Below, piece after piece: positions 12,832-24,215 of a DNA stretch of 64,000 nt. Origin of the DNA: Heptranchias perlo. Its lineage: Eukaryota. The notes under the pieces were generated by a model. It was not told the DNA's origin. It was given only the letters and a program-made list of their open reading frames with translations, and made no database searches. Position 1 is the first letter of the stretch. Each line of letters starts with the position of its first letter. The stretch covers positions 5,022,001 to 5,086,000 of the forward strand of contig NC_090357.1 of NCBI RefSeq assembly GCF_035084215.1, given 5' to 3'. The position numbers and the translations under genes were made by a program.

Positions 12832-13172
12832 CAACGTGCTTTACAGCCAATGAAGTACTTTTGAAGCGTAGTCACTGTTGTAATGTAGGTAACACAGCAG
12901 CCAATTTGCGCACAGCAAGATCCCACAAACAACAATGAGATGATAATGTTTTAGTGATGATGGTTTTGGGATAAATATTGGCCAGGGCAGTGGGGGAACT
13001 CCCCTGCTCTTCTTCGAAATAGTACCATAGGATCTTTTACGTCCACCAGAGAGGGTTGCCAGGGCTTCGGTATAACGTCTCAGCCAAAAGACCTTCAACA
13101 GTGCAGTACTTCCTTAATACTACACTAGAGTGTCAGCCTGGATTAAGTGCTCCAGTCTCTGGAGTAGGACTG
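12832..13172 (-). mobile_element. DeuSINE fragment (others at about 7945-8258 and 22370-22590)
   Basis: Same consensus as 11218-11675. Confidence 0.75.
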
Positions 13173-13329
13173 GAGATAGTTTACAATTAGCTAATTGCAA
13201 CCTTTTCTTTTATCTCCTTGATCTCTTGGATATTGATCTAGAAGTTCGATAATTCTTGTTGGAAGATTAAATTAAAAACATGTTAAAGTTAGTGGATAAG
13301 ATGGGTTTCTTATATGCATTAACTACCAG

Positions 13330-13965
13330 CTGTGCACCCTTACCTCCACCTCTGCAATATCGGCCGTCTCCTCCCCTACCTCAGCCCACCTGCTGATGAA
13401 ACCCTCATCCATGCTTTTGTGACCTCCCGACTCGACTATTCCAATGCTCTCCTGGCCAGCGTCCCATCTTCCACCCTCCGTAAACTTGAACTCATCCAAA
13501 ACTCTGGTGCCCATATCCTAACTCGACCAAGTGCCATTCACCCATCATCCCTCGCTGACCTACATTGGCTCCCGGTCGAGTAACGCCTCGATTTAAAATT
13601 CTCAGCCTCGTGTTCAAATTCCTCCATGGCCTCTCCCCTCCCCTCCCTATTTCTAACCTCCTTCAGCCCTACAACCCTCTGAGAATGCTGCGATCCTCAA
13701 ATTCTGGCCTCTTGTGCATCCCCGACTTCCAACGCCTCACCATTGATGGCCGTGCCATCAAAAGTCTAGGCCCTAAACTCTGGAATTCCCTCCCTAAACC
13801 TCTCCACCTCTCTCCCCTCCTTTAAAAGACACTGCTTAAAATCTAGCTTTGTCCTAATATCTCCTCCTTTGACTCTGTGTCAAATTTTGTTTGATAATCG
13901 CTCCTGTGAAGTGCCTTGGGACGTTTTACTACATTAAAGGCGCTATATAAGTGGGAGTTGTTATA
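13330..13965 (+). mobile_element. L2-clade LINE 3' fragment
   Basis: ETLIHAFVTSRLDYSNALLA...LELIQNS...LHWLPV...LWNSLP. Confidence 0.88.
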
Positions 13966-14041
13966 TATAGAAATCTGGACACAGTTGATTTTTAATCCCC
14001 ATCTTTAAAATTAAGTTATAGTCCAGCAATTTTATTTTAAA

Positions 14042-14080
14042 TTCACAAGCTTTCGGAGGCTTCCTCCTTCGTCAGGTGAA
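14042..14080 (-). ncRNA. Minimal type-I hammerhead ribozyme motif, inverted copy
   Basis: Exact reverse complement of 14095-14133. Confidence 0.7.
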
Positions 14081-14094
14081 CGATGTGAACATCG

Positions 14095-14133
14095 TTCACC
14101 TGACGAAGGAGGAAGCCTCCGAAAGCTTGTGAA
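14095..14133 (+). ncRNA. Minimal type-I hammerhead ribozyme motif, copy 1
   Basis: Stem I TTCAC/GTGAA, core CTGACGA, extra A, stem II GGAGG-AAG-CCTCC, GAAA, palindromic AGCT stem III, predicted cleavage CUU^ after 14128. Confidence 0.75.
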
Positions 14134-14277
14134 TTTAAAATAAAATTGCTGGACTATAACTTGGTGTTGTAAAATTGTTTACAATTGTCAACCCCAGTCC
14201 ATCACCGGCATCTCCACATCTTTAAAAATTAAGACAGACAACTTTTGGACTGATGGTCATTCACCATTTTCACATCG

Positions 14278-14316
14278 TTCACCTGACGAAGGAGGAAGCC
14301 TCCGAAAGCTTGTGAA
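14278..14316 (+). ncRNA. Minimal type-I hammerhead ribozyme motif, copy 2
   Basis: Identical to 14095-14133. Confidence 0.75.
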
Positions 14317-14460
14317 TTTAAAATAAAATTGCTGGACTATAACTTGGTGTTGTAAAATTGTTTACAATTGTCAACCCCAGTCCATCACCGGCATCTCCAC
14401 ATCTTTAAAAATTAAGACAGACAACTTTTGGACTGATGGTCATTCACCATTTTCACATCG

Positions 14461-14499
14461 TTCACCTGACGAAGGAGGAAGCCTCCGAAAGCTTGTGAA
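14461..14499 (+). ncRNA. Minimal type-I hammerhead ribozyme motif, copy 3
   Basis: Identical to 14095-14133. Confidence 0.75.
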
Positions 14500-15408
14500 T
14501 TTAAAATAAAATTGCTGGACTATAACTTGGTGTTGTAAAATTGTTTACAATTGTCAACCCCAGTCCATCACCGGCATCTCCACATCTTTAAAAATTAAGA
14601 CAGACAACTTTTGGACTGATGGTCATTATGCTTCCATAGCCACTGATTTCCCTCCAACATCTTGTCCTGGAAACCTGGCAAAAGTTGACTAAGAAGTTCC
14701 TGTACAACAAAAACAGATGGATGGATAATTTTTCGAAACTTATATGGTTTGATATGGCCAAGATGTTATCACTTTGTGTGAATTTGTTTACGATGATCCA
14801 GGTGAGGGATGGCAGTGTCGGAGATGAGAACACATTCCACTCTGCACACCCAAATCAGAGACAGCTTTTCTAGACACAGAGCAACACCAGTGTGACATTT
14901 CCCTATTTCCCCACATGATGCACGTTGTGGTCTCTCTAAACGAGAGCATTAAATTAATGGTAAATTGAGGCCAGTTTTGTGCTATGGGGTCGTGCTCACT
15001 AGGAACTGGATTAAGACTGCTCCAACTCATTCTTACAGCAGCAAAGGAGATCAGCCCATCAACCTGTAATAGATTTGAACCCAGATTCCAGAGGTGAAAA
15101 AGACAATGCCATAAATATATAGATATAAATTTATGATTAAAATATAATTACCTCAGACTCATTAAAGCAGCAATGGCATTTTACTGTATAATCTATCACA
15201 TGATCAGCAATATTCAAAGAAAAAATACATTTATACAAGTTAAAGTAGGCAGCAAACATTAAAGTGGACAACTTAAGGTACAAACCAAGATAGGCCAAGC
15301 CCCAATAATGCAGTTAACAATATCCCGTTTCTGGTGTACTTTCATGTAGATATGGGATTCGGGAATCTTTTTGTGATTACCCATTACCGAAAAGCAAAAC
15401 AGTATGCT

Positions 15409-15773
15409 TTTATTTTAAAAACATTCTAAACACAAAGGCAATTAAATGGCACAGAAAGAATATTTTTAAAAATTGCTGCTTGAATCATCAGAATCATAAT
15501 TATCCAGATCCTTTAGCAACCAATCCATTCATGTCATAATTAAAACTAGAAAACAACCAAAGAATAATCTGTACCCCAGATATTGAAGTGCACGACAATA
15601 ACAGCTTTCAGTTCAATCGTACGTTGAGGCCCTGATTCACGAGACCTTTGCAGATCTTCTGTGCTACATATAACAAGTAACCATCTGCAGAATTAAAAAT
15701 AAAGCCTTTCCAATCTGCAAAAGCTAGTGAAGTGGGGTCCCCTCTCACACAAATCTACACGGAGTCTTTTATT
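15409..15773 (-). other. Candidate SC5D polyadenylation signals (AATAAA on the minus strand at 15773-15768 and 15414-15409)
   Basis: TTTATT on the plus strand in AT-rich sequence downstream of the SC5D stop; usage cannot be shown from sequence. Confidence 0.4.
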
Positions 15774-15913
15774 GCCGCACATTTCCAATAGGCCTCATTT
15801 GTAGTAATAAATACAGTAGATCAGAGCACTGAGTGTTGCCTGGATTATATGTCATTATAGTATTGTTCTTGGCAGGGATAAGAGCACAGGCAATGATGGG
15901 GAATGAAAGCTGC

Positions 15914-16363
15914 TCAGTCTTCTTTGCAGATTTTCCCATTGGACGTGTGGCCGTTGGTGGACGAACTGCCACACAGCTTTCCCTCGGCCGTCAGCTTCCT
16001 CAGGTAGTCGTGTGGACCTCTGCCTTCGAAGGCTGAGGGATGCTTGTAGGAGCCTCCGATTCTGTCCCACAGCGTGAAGTACTGCCCGTAATTATAGTCA
16101 AAGTACAGATGGTGGTCCGTGTGGTGAGCTGAGCCGTTGATGACGTCCTCGAGTATCTTGGGCACTCGATAGTCTCCGTCGTGAATGGACACCGTCCAAA
16201 TGTTGACAAAGACGTAGAGGCCCAGGTAGACCAGCTTATGCAGCGGGAAGAGAAACGGATAGATGTGATAAGGGATGCTCTGTAGGAAGCCGTCCACTGG
16301 GTGAAAAGCGTGACTCGCAAATGGGGTCGCAATCTTCCAAGTGTGGTGGGGCTTGTGGAAATA
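15914..16363 (-). CDS. SC5D: SC5D last coding exon (His boxes HKPHH and HTDHH)
   Basis: TAG acceptor at 16366-16364; [29 protein letters not shown]...GKICKED-stop, in frame with ORF 15914..16297; 450 nt. Confidence 0.96.
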   Translation of the reverse strand, partial: YFHKPHHTWKIATPFASHAFHPVDGFLQSIPYHIYPFLFPLHKLVYLGLYVFVNIWTVSIHDGDYRVPKILEDVINGSAHHTDHHLYFDYNYGQYFTLWDRIGGSYKHPSAFEGRGPHDYLRKLTAEGKLCGSSSTNGHTSNGKICKED

Positions 16364-17714
16364 CTACAGACAATACAAGAAGAAGTTACAAGAATCTGTG
16401 CATTAAATGGTCACGTGAAACGAAAGGCATGCTATTTGAGGATACTCGAGATGCTCTTCAATTACCGTGTAGCAAACCATTCCATGGTATCTGATTGTCT
16501 ATCAGCATCTGAATCTGGATTAGCTGCAATGATGAAAAATCCACTTTTTTTTTAATATATGAAGTGAGAATAAGGTCAGCAACAGTTTCTTGACACCACC
16601 CTTTCAGGCAGTGCATTCAATAGTAACTTTCAAGAGGGAATTGGATATATACTTGAAAAGGAAAAATTTGCAGGACTATGGGGAAAGAGCAGAGGGGGTG
16701 GGACTAATTGGATAGTTCTTTCAAAGAGCCGGTACACACACAATGGGCCAAATGGCCTCTTTCTATGCTGTATGATTCTATGAAATAGCAGCTAGCTACA
16801 CCTGAGCAACTCCCTTTCATGGAAGTACTAGTGAAATGTGTGTATAATTATGACAACTAAATCTTATCCCCATTTTCATATTTATTATATTTAGTTATTT
16901 GTATAACATAACTGTACTGCCTTGTAAGTCCGAAACATTTATCAGGTCAGGAAGTAACCTGCCATTTAAAATGAAGTGTATTTACCTTATAGATGAGCTT
17001 GTGGTGAAGAAACCGATGGATCCAGTAGATACACATGTCCGTAAAGAAGAGGAAGGAGATCATACTGAGGGCCACCCCAAACCAACCTGATAACACAGAA
17101 AGAGCGTTGGAGGTTCAGGGTACAATCACAGAGAGATTATCCATCCATACCAGCTCCTCACACACACACACACGCAGCCAAGAAGCTTCACAGTCACGGG
17201 CCAGACACACAAGGGGGAGGGAATTTAACACCCTCCGCAAGGCAGAAACTAGGCAGAGCAGGAGTTAAAATCCAAGCATGGATGTAGCGCTCTTTTCCCG
17301 CCCCGTAGCCATTATAACACTGCTGTTTTCTTGGGCTGTGGACATGCCCGTCAGACTCGGGCGGAAGCCTCATGAACAACAACCTGCATTTATACAGCGC
17401 CTTTAACGTAGTGAAACATCCCAAGGTGCTTCACAGCAGCGTTTATCAGGCAGAAGTTGACACTGAGCCACATAAGAGATACCAGGACAGCTGACCAAAA
17501 GCTTGGTCAAAGAGGTAGGTTTTAAGCAGCATCTTCAAGGAGGAGAGGTGGAGAGGTTTGGGGAGGGAATTCCTGACCTTAGGGCCTAGGCAGCTGGAAC
17601 AAATTTAATTCGGGGTCCTATGTCATTAGGACCCAGGTGTAATTTTAACCGTCTATTGAGCGTGGTGCTAGCTGCAGACACTCCACTCAGCAAAACCTGG
17701 CCGACTCTCACTCA

Positions 17715-17759
<45 letters not shown>

Positions 17760-20700
17760 TGATCCCTCTGCTGAAGTCTAGGGATGGGCAACACAGAAGA
17801 ACGGAGATTGAAATTTGCTTCTTTTAATTGTGATTTTACTAATGCAACGAGCCCCTCCGATTCTCAAATCAGCTAACAGCTTCTAGGCTTCAGACAGTGT
17901 CAATTTTCAGCTTGCTGTTCACAGTTTCGACACGCGAGGACAACTCTCTCCCCACCACCCTTATCCACTTGCTTGTTTTCTCCTCACCAGGAGGAACCTG
18001 GCTGCCACTCAGCGTGTCCCCAGGTCAGAAATTCACCAGCGTGAACAGGAAGTAAAATGAGACCCATGTTCCTTCCTGCTCCAATGTGCTCCACCACCTT
18101 CTGGTTCCCTTATTTTCAAAAGAACTAAAGTAAACGGTGAATAACAAAAGGTTAAGTCCATAATTAATAGAGTGCAATACCATCCTTCTCACTGCTGGGA
18201 CTGTGGCTTAAATACAAGTCAAATGGGAGTCCCCTGATCGCACAATGGATAAACACATTGCTCAGTGTGGGAACACAGATTAGGAAGGCTGTGGGTTCAA
18301 ATTCCATCTGATTTAGCCAATCTGAGCTGAAGTGGGAGTGTCACTACGATTCTAGTCAGTGCCCTAGGCTTAGGGGGAAGAGAAGAGGAAGAAAGAAATC
18401 AGCCAGAAATCCCACTCCTGACCTCTCTCCAATGACCCTTTCGATTTAAAATGTGCAAGTGTGGCTGTCGGATAAGGGGGAAGGATCGGGCTTGGCTCTG
18501 ATGACCTCCCACGGTCAAACTAGAAGCTTGGCTCGCACCCCGGTAAGGATCCAATGCTGCCTCTGTGGAAAAGGTAACCCAGCACGAGTCACCACCTTAA
18601 GGAGAAATGAGAGAAAAAAGAAAATACAGAATCCAAGCAAATATGTCGTTCGCCCAAGGACCATAAAGGATTGTAATGAAATGAGTTTTGGCAGTCTCGG
18701 TTCAAACCTTGAAGGACACCGACCACAACACTGCCAGTAATTGAACAAAAGGTGCGAAAGATAGATGGTCTGGGAAATATAACACTACACTGATTACATG
18801 GGAGCTGCTCTTCTATAGGTTCAGTGCAAGCTTCATTTAATTGCTCGCCAATGTACTTGAGGATTGAATTATAATGGATTCCAGGGCGCTCACTGAGCAG
18901 AATCAGATTACCGGGCCTTTCCCTTTGAACCTGCAGTCGAGTGTGTCTTTCTGCACAGTGCAATCACATTGGGAAACCACAGAAATCTTCTCAGTGAAGA
19001 TTTGCTCACACGGTTTACACAAAATCAGAGCTCAAGAATCCAATGGAGATTAAATAAAGTGTCGATCAACACCCACTTCCCAGGGTGGATGTCCCCACTT
19101 CCCTGTGTTTTTTAAAAAAAAAACTTACCATAAGGGGAATCCTCGATATTGTCGTACAATTTACTGTACCCTCGGACCTCTGCAAAGAACAGCGCCACTG
19201 TTGGAATGCTTATCCATGGCATCGACTGCATAGCATATTTTATCTCCCGCTGCACTTGATTCTGTGGGTTGGGGGGGGGGTGCGGGGAAAGAGAAAAAGA
19301 TTTCAGTATTTGCTAAAAATAAACACAAAAACTAGTTGAATTGCCTCCTCTCCTAAAAATACAGAACTACTTGTACAACTAAGAAAATGTTTGTTGTTAA
19401 ATCATAGCACAGAAACAGGACATTCAGCCCATCAAGTCTGTGCCAGTTTTCCTCTCCACAAGCCACCTAATCTCATCCCAATCTCCTGCTCATTTCTCAT
19501 ACCCTATCGTATTTCTCTTTTTTGCCCCCCCACAAGCAACTGTCTGGTTCTCTTTTAAAAGAATTTATGGACTCTGCTCCAATAAAGGTTTGTAGCACAG
19601 AATTTTCATATTCTAGCCATCCTGTGTAAAGAAATCTTTTCCAACCTCCCCTTTAATTCTTTTTGCGATTAACTTAAATTTGTGCCCTCATTAGCATCCC
19701 GCTGACCAACGGAAACAATTTATCACCATTGCAAACAATTTATCACCATTTACCATGAATGCCTTGATCAGGCCACCCCTTAACCTTCTCAGCTCGATAA
19801 AACTTCACAAGTCTCTATTTATAACCCGTAACCTCATTTGTGGTAATGCACAGCAAGAAGTAAAGCAGTCAAATCTAATTAATAAAGGTCATTGGTAAAG
19901 TAACACACACAAAAGTCAGGATCTTATCACCACCCGGAGTAAAAAATGTCCCGCAGTTTAAAATCACACTGGAATCAAGGGAGGGAAGAGAGCTTGGTGC
20001 TATCATGCTGCTAAAAGCACAACTTAGTCAGTAAGCCCTTTCCTTCTCCGAGCTGAAAGAGGGTACCTAGAAGGAAGCTGTTCCGCAGATGAGGGTTCGG
20101 TGGACTAAAAACAGAAAGTAAAAACATTAAGTAGCACTAAAGGACCATGGAGGTAAAAGTGATCTTCTAGCAACAGAATAGCAGCCAAAAAATCTCCTGT
20201 TCACTAGTCCCAGAGAAAGCATCTTCAAAACAATTTATAAACCTGCAAACATTCTATTTTCCCGATGCGTTGTCCCAGGATTTCCTACTCAATTTCCTTC
20301 ACATGGCGGAGAATATTTAACCCAATAGGGTTGTACATGCAGCAAGTCCATGGCATTCCATTTGCGACGTAGCCAACCAACAATCAAAGCAACTCGTCAG
20401 CTTACTTGAAGCCTCCATCTCTGATCTTTTGCTTATTTTTCTTCTCTGTGCGCCCGATTCTTTATGTCCTTTTGAAAATCTCCGCTACCTGATCAGCTCG
20501 TCAATATCAAAAACTTTGCGTTAAAACTATTGTTCAGATTCACAGGACATGGCATCAACACACGATGGGGCTGTGGAGTAATAGTTACACACTAGTGGAC
20601 TGCTTTTGGCATCTACACCCCCCCTTCATTTGGGGATGGGAGGGAGGGAAATTTCCAGTCTTGTTCTAGTTTCGTAACAGTATTTATGCTAATCACACAA

Positions 20701-20991
20701 TTGTAATTTAGGTGACCTATACCTATATTCACGCATTTCCATATAAAAATTCTATTGAGTGTTCAGGAGTACAGCACCTACCGGCAAATACTGAGGGTGC
20801 TTCTTCAGAGTGTGGTCAAAAATGAGATAATAGTTAAATGTTCCGAAGAGAAAATAAATAACAGCAGCTCCCAGGTTAGTTACAACTAGAAGGCTGATTA
20901 TCTGGCGTAAAGCACCATCCTCTGGCCAGGTAGTGGGGTACACATACGGTGTGAAAAAGTAGTAATCTGCAAAATGCAGCACGATATCCAT
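15914..20991 (-). CDS. SC5D: Lathosterol oxidase / sterol-C5-desaturase, spliced CDS join(20991-20782, 19261-19129, 17086-16986, 16363-15914), 894 nt, 297 aa
   Basis: Translation [19 protein letters not shown]...NQVQREIKY...[24 protein letters not shown]...[26 protein letters not shown] contains the three His boxes of the sterol desaturase family. All introns are GT-AG and phases are consistent. Confidence 0.97.
16986..17086 (-). CDS. SC5D: SC5D coding exon 3 (His box HRFLHH)
   Basis: [33 protein letters not shown]; CAG acceptor, GTAAA donor; 101 nt. Confidence 0.95.
17717..17755. repeat. (CA)n microsatellite in an SC5D intron
   Basis: Directly visible. Confidence 0.95.
18228..18620 (+). 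mobile_element. Old, divergent SINE-like dispersed family (copies at about 180-380 minus, 4790-5110 plus, 45750-46045 plus, 48720-49060 minus)
   Basis: Motifs shared among the copies: CTCCTGA..CT.TCCA.TGACCC, GGATCGGGCTTGGCT.TGATG, GCACCTTCAGGAGAGGAGGGG; GGGTTCAAATTCC B-box-like head. Confidence 0.55.
19129..19261 (-). CDS. SC5D: SC5D coding exon 2
   Basis: [44 protein letters not shown](G); CAG acceptor, GTAAG donor; 133 nt. Confidence 0.95.
20782..20991 (-). CDS. SC5D: SC5D coding exon 1 (exon 2 of the transcript; exon starts at 20999)
   Basis: Acceptor CAG at 21002-21000, GCCATGG start context, MDIVLHF...KKHPQYLP, donor GTAGGT at 20781; 210 nt. Confidence 0.95.
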
Positions 20992-22597
20992 GGCATAACC
21001 TGTGAACCAAAAGAAGAGGTCTTAGTAATTCATCACTTACTAAATCAACCCACAGTCAATACTCCAAATCTACCATCCTTTTCAGTTTTCCATTTGTAGT
21101 GTACCTGATCTGAAGATAATGCACGCTGTGTGCTGATTAGCATACAAACACTTAGAGATGGTCTGAAATTCTTCTGTCCACTATCTTAACGGAGGCGTTA
21201 ACCAAATTAATTTCGAGTTAACAGACCTGTTAAATAAACAGGCAAAAGAATCTGAGATCAATCTGTTAAGTGTTTGATCACGAATATTTGCACTGTGTAA
21301 TTTCAAGGCCATAGTGACTTAAACCTTTGTTTTGTGCAGATGATTTTATACAGCTTTTCTGCTCTGGCCAACTAACTTCTGTGTTGTTAAAGCACAACAT
21401 TTATATTACAGGAACAGTGACTGAGTAGTTGTATGTTTATTGCAAAATAGTCTCCTGTGAAGAATTATATATATAACCCCAGCATTTTTCCTCCCCTTCG
21501 CATCTCATGCAAAATAAAGTCTGTTCTAATTTTTAAAAAAATTATAACTACCTAACAATCTCAGCCAAACTGTGAGGAGACCCAAGTCCAAACAAAACAA
21601 TAAACTCAAATTATAAATGCAATCCTAACATTTCACTACATTTCTTAAATGCCACTTTAAATAAAAATTTGAATTTGGTGAATGTTACATCTTTGTCGAC
21701 GTTTTGCACCGATGAAGCTGGTAAGGTTTTCATTTATACAAAATGGCAACCGTAAAACTATAAGAGGACTCATACACTGGATTTTAAAAAAAAAAGATTT
21801 GGCCTCTTTACTCAGGATCGCAAACAGGCCAGTAACCCCAGATAAACAAGCACTCTGGGTTACAGCACTTCAGTGTAAAATATAGCTTGCTGCTCTTTCT
21901 TCTAATAATTTCTTTCACTGAGATCCAAAGTGGTCCCAGATGTGCACTCTACTAACATTAAAACTAAACTGGCCAACAAGAGGACCTCCTTTGACAGGGA
22001 GTAGGGAGCAACACAGAGCTGGCAGCATTAGTAAGGCTGTCAACTGTGCATTGCAATCTACAGGTACAAACTGTCTGAGACCAATACCTGTACTATAGAC
22101 TCGGATGGAATCTGTGTAGTAACTGGAATTAAGAATGCAAATTGCCTTGGTCACTTACACAGTACAAATATAGTTCACTCGACCATCTGAACACATTTTT
22201 ATTAGAAAAGCTACTTGCACTTGTCAATAATGCACCTGGGAATTCTATGCCAGCTGGCAAATCAGAAAGCTGGAAGTTGCTCTTTCAAGTTTACAGCTGC
22301 ATGGACCCCAATGTTCAACCCTTTCGGGGCAGAGACAGATCTCTTCCTTTAGGTGTACCTCAAACAGATAACCTATATTTATATTGTGCCTTTCACGATC
22401 TCAGGACGTCACAAAGTGCTTTACAGTCAATTATTAATATTTGAAGTGCTGTTTTTGTAAGGAAATGCAGCAGCCAATTTGTGTACAACAAGGTCCCACC
22501 AACAGCAACAAGATAAATGACCAAATAATTTGTCGTAGTGACGTTGGTTGAGGTATAAATATTGGCCAGGACACCGGGGAGAACTCATCTGCTCATC

Positions 22598-23345
22598 AGC
22601 TACAACCACTTGAATTTATATATCACCTTTAACATAGCCAAAACATCCCAACGTGCTTCACAGGAGTGTTATCAGACAAAATTTGACACCAAGCCACATA
22701 GAGATATTAGGACAGGTGACCAAAAGCTTGGTCGAAGAGATAGATTTTAAGGACCATCTTAGAGGAGAGCCAGATAGATAAGTTTAGGGAGGGAATTCCA
22801 GAGCTTAGGGCCCAGGTAACTGAAGGCACAGCCGTCAATGATGGAACGATGAAAATCAGGGATGCACAAGAGGCCAGAATTGGAGGAGCACAGAGGTCTC
22901 GGAGGGTTGTAGGGCTGGAGAAGGTTACAAAGATAGGGAGGGGTGAAGCGATGGAAGGATTTGAACATAAGGTTGACAATTTTAAAATCGAGGCATTGCC
23001 AGTGTAGGTCAACGAGCACAGGCGTGATGGGTGAACGGGACTTGGTGCAAGTTACGATATGGGCAGTAGAGTTTTGAACGAGCTCCAGTTTGTGGAGGGT
23101 GGAAGATGGGAGGCCGGCCAGGAGAACATTGGAATAGTCATGTCTGGAGGTAACAAAAGCATGGATGAGGATGTCATCAGTAGATGGGTTGAGACAGGTG
23201 ATATTTGAGGTGGAAGTAAAGGTACACAGTTGGTAGTTAATGCGTTCAAGAAACCCTTCATGTTCAGTAACTTTGACATGTTTTGAATTAGGAGTTAGGA
23301 AGGGCAGCAGAGTTTTGGATGAGCTCAAGTTTATGGAAGGTGGGG
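22598..23345 (-). mobile_element. L2-clade LINE 3' fragment in SC5D intron 1
   Basis: ILIHAFVTSRHDYSNVLLAGLP...ITPVLVDLHW...LWNSLP plus L2 tail. Confidence 0.88.
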
Positions 23346-23834
23346 GGCAGGTGGAATTATACAGCACAGGAGACCATTCAGCCCATTAAGCTTGTGCCAG
23401 CTCTTTGAAGGAGCTATCCAATTAATCCCCTGCTCTTCCCTCGTAGCCCTGCAAAATTTATCCAATTCTTTTTTTGAGGGTTATCATTGAATCTGCATCC
23501 ACCAGCCTTTCAGGCAGTGCATTCCAGATCATAACAACCCCACCCACCTCAGGTTGGGGGGTGGGTGGGGGGGATAGTAAGACAGGGGCCCGGGTTTAAC
23601 ATCTCATCCAAAAGACCGCACCTCCGGCAGTGCCGCACTCCCGCAGTGGGGCTTGAACCCCATAACCTTCTGACCCTGGTGGGGGGGGGGGGGTGAGGGC
23701 GCGATCAACTGAGCCACGGCCGACTGGGGGCAACAAAGATGGCTCCTTCCGCAGGGGGTGAAGGCGCCCGGCCCTGACTGACTGACACTCGGAGGTTTGT
23801 TGGGTCGCTGGGCCGCGCGCCATTTGCTCCTTAC

Positions 23835-23930
23835 CTGTGGTGCGAAGCTCAGCCACTTTTTTTAGGGGGTGAATTCAAGCCGCCGGCCTCACGCCCCTTT
23901 CGCGCAGCTCCAGCGCCGCGGTTGCTAAGG
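23835..23930 (-). other. SC5D: Probable non-coding first exon of SC5D (5' end approximate)
   Basis: Strong donor CAG|GTAAGG at 23835/23834, directly downstream of a CpG-rich CCAAT/GC-box cluster. Confidence 0.7.
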
Positions 23931-24215
23931 AACCGACGGGCCCAACCCCGTCTGTGATTGACAACCAGCGCCGACCAATCGGAGCTGGTCATTTTTGCGC
24001 CACTCTCATGACGATTGGTCCATCCGGCTGCCCGTCTTCTCTTTGACGGCCAATAGAAGGAGGGACTGTGGGGGGGGGGGGGGGCGGGGAATTCTCCAAT
24101 GACCAATAAGAGTCAGAGGGCGGGGTTTGATGGACTGACGCGGCGATTCGCACTGCGTCAGGTCACCCCCCCGGCGGCGATTGGCTGCGGAGTCGCCTGA
24201 CAGATGACATCACTA
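23880..24215 (-). promoter_or_regulatory. CpG-rich SC5D promoter with six CCAAT (NF-Y) boxes, two GC boxes and SRE-like motifs
   Basis: CCAAT/ATTGG at 23975, 24014, 24050, 24096, 24103, 24180; GGGCGGGG at about 24082 and 24118; GTCACCCCCC at 24162 and CTCACGCCCC at 23888 resemble the SRE ATCACCCCAC. This layout is typical of SREBP target genes. Confidence 0.75.

Larger units (their letters stand above)
14013..14627 (+). mobile_element. Penelope-like (pseudo-LTR) element array: one inverted partial copy plus three tandem units with 183-bp period
   Basis: Identical CTGACGA cores at 14100, 14283 and 14466; perfect inverted repeat 14013-14086 / 14089-14162. Inverted-plus-tandem arrangement is characteristic of PLE insertions. 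Confidence 0.8.

Noticed and set aside
16000-16332. 110-aa alternative-frame ORF and antisense ORFs over the SC5D last exon
   Set aside because: Shadow frames of GC-rich coding sequence
21160-21270. Weak palindromes here and at about 49670-49795 and 30270-30380, considered as structured ncRNAs or miRNA hairpins
   Set aside because: Too degenerate; more simply explained as decayed MITEs
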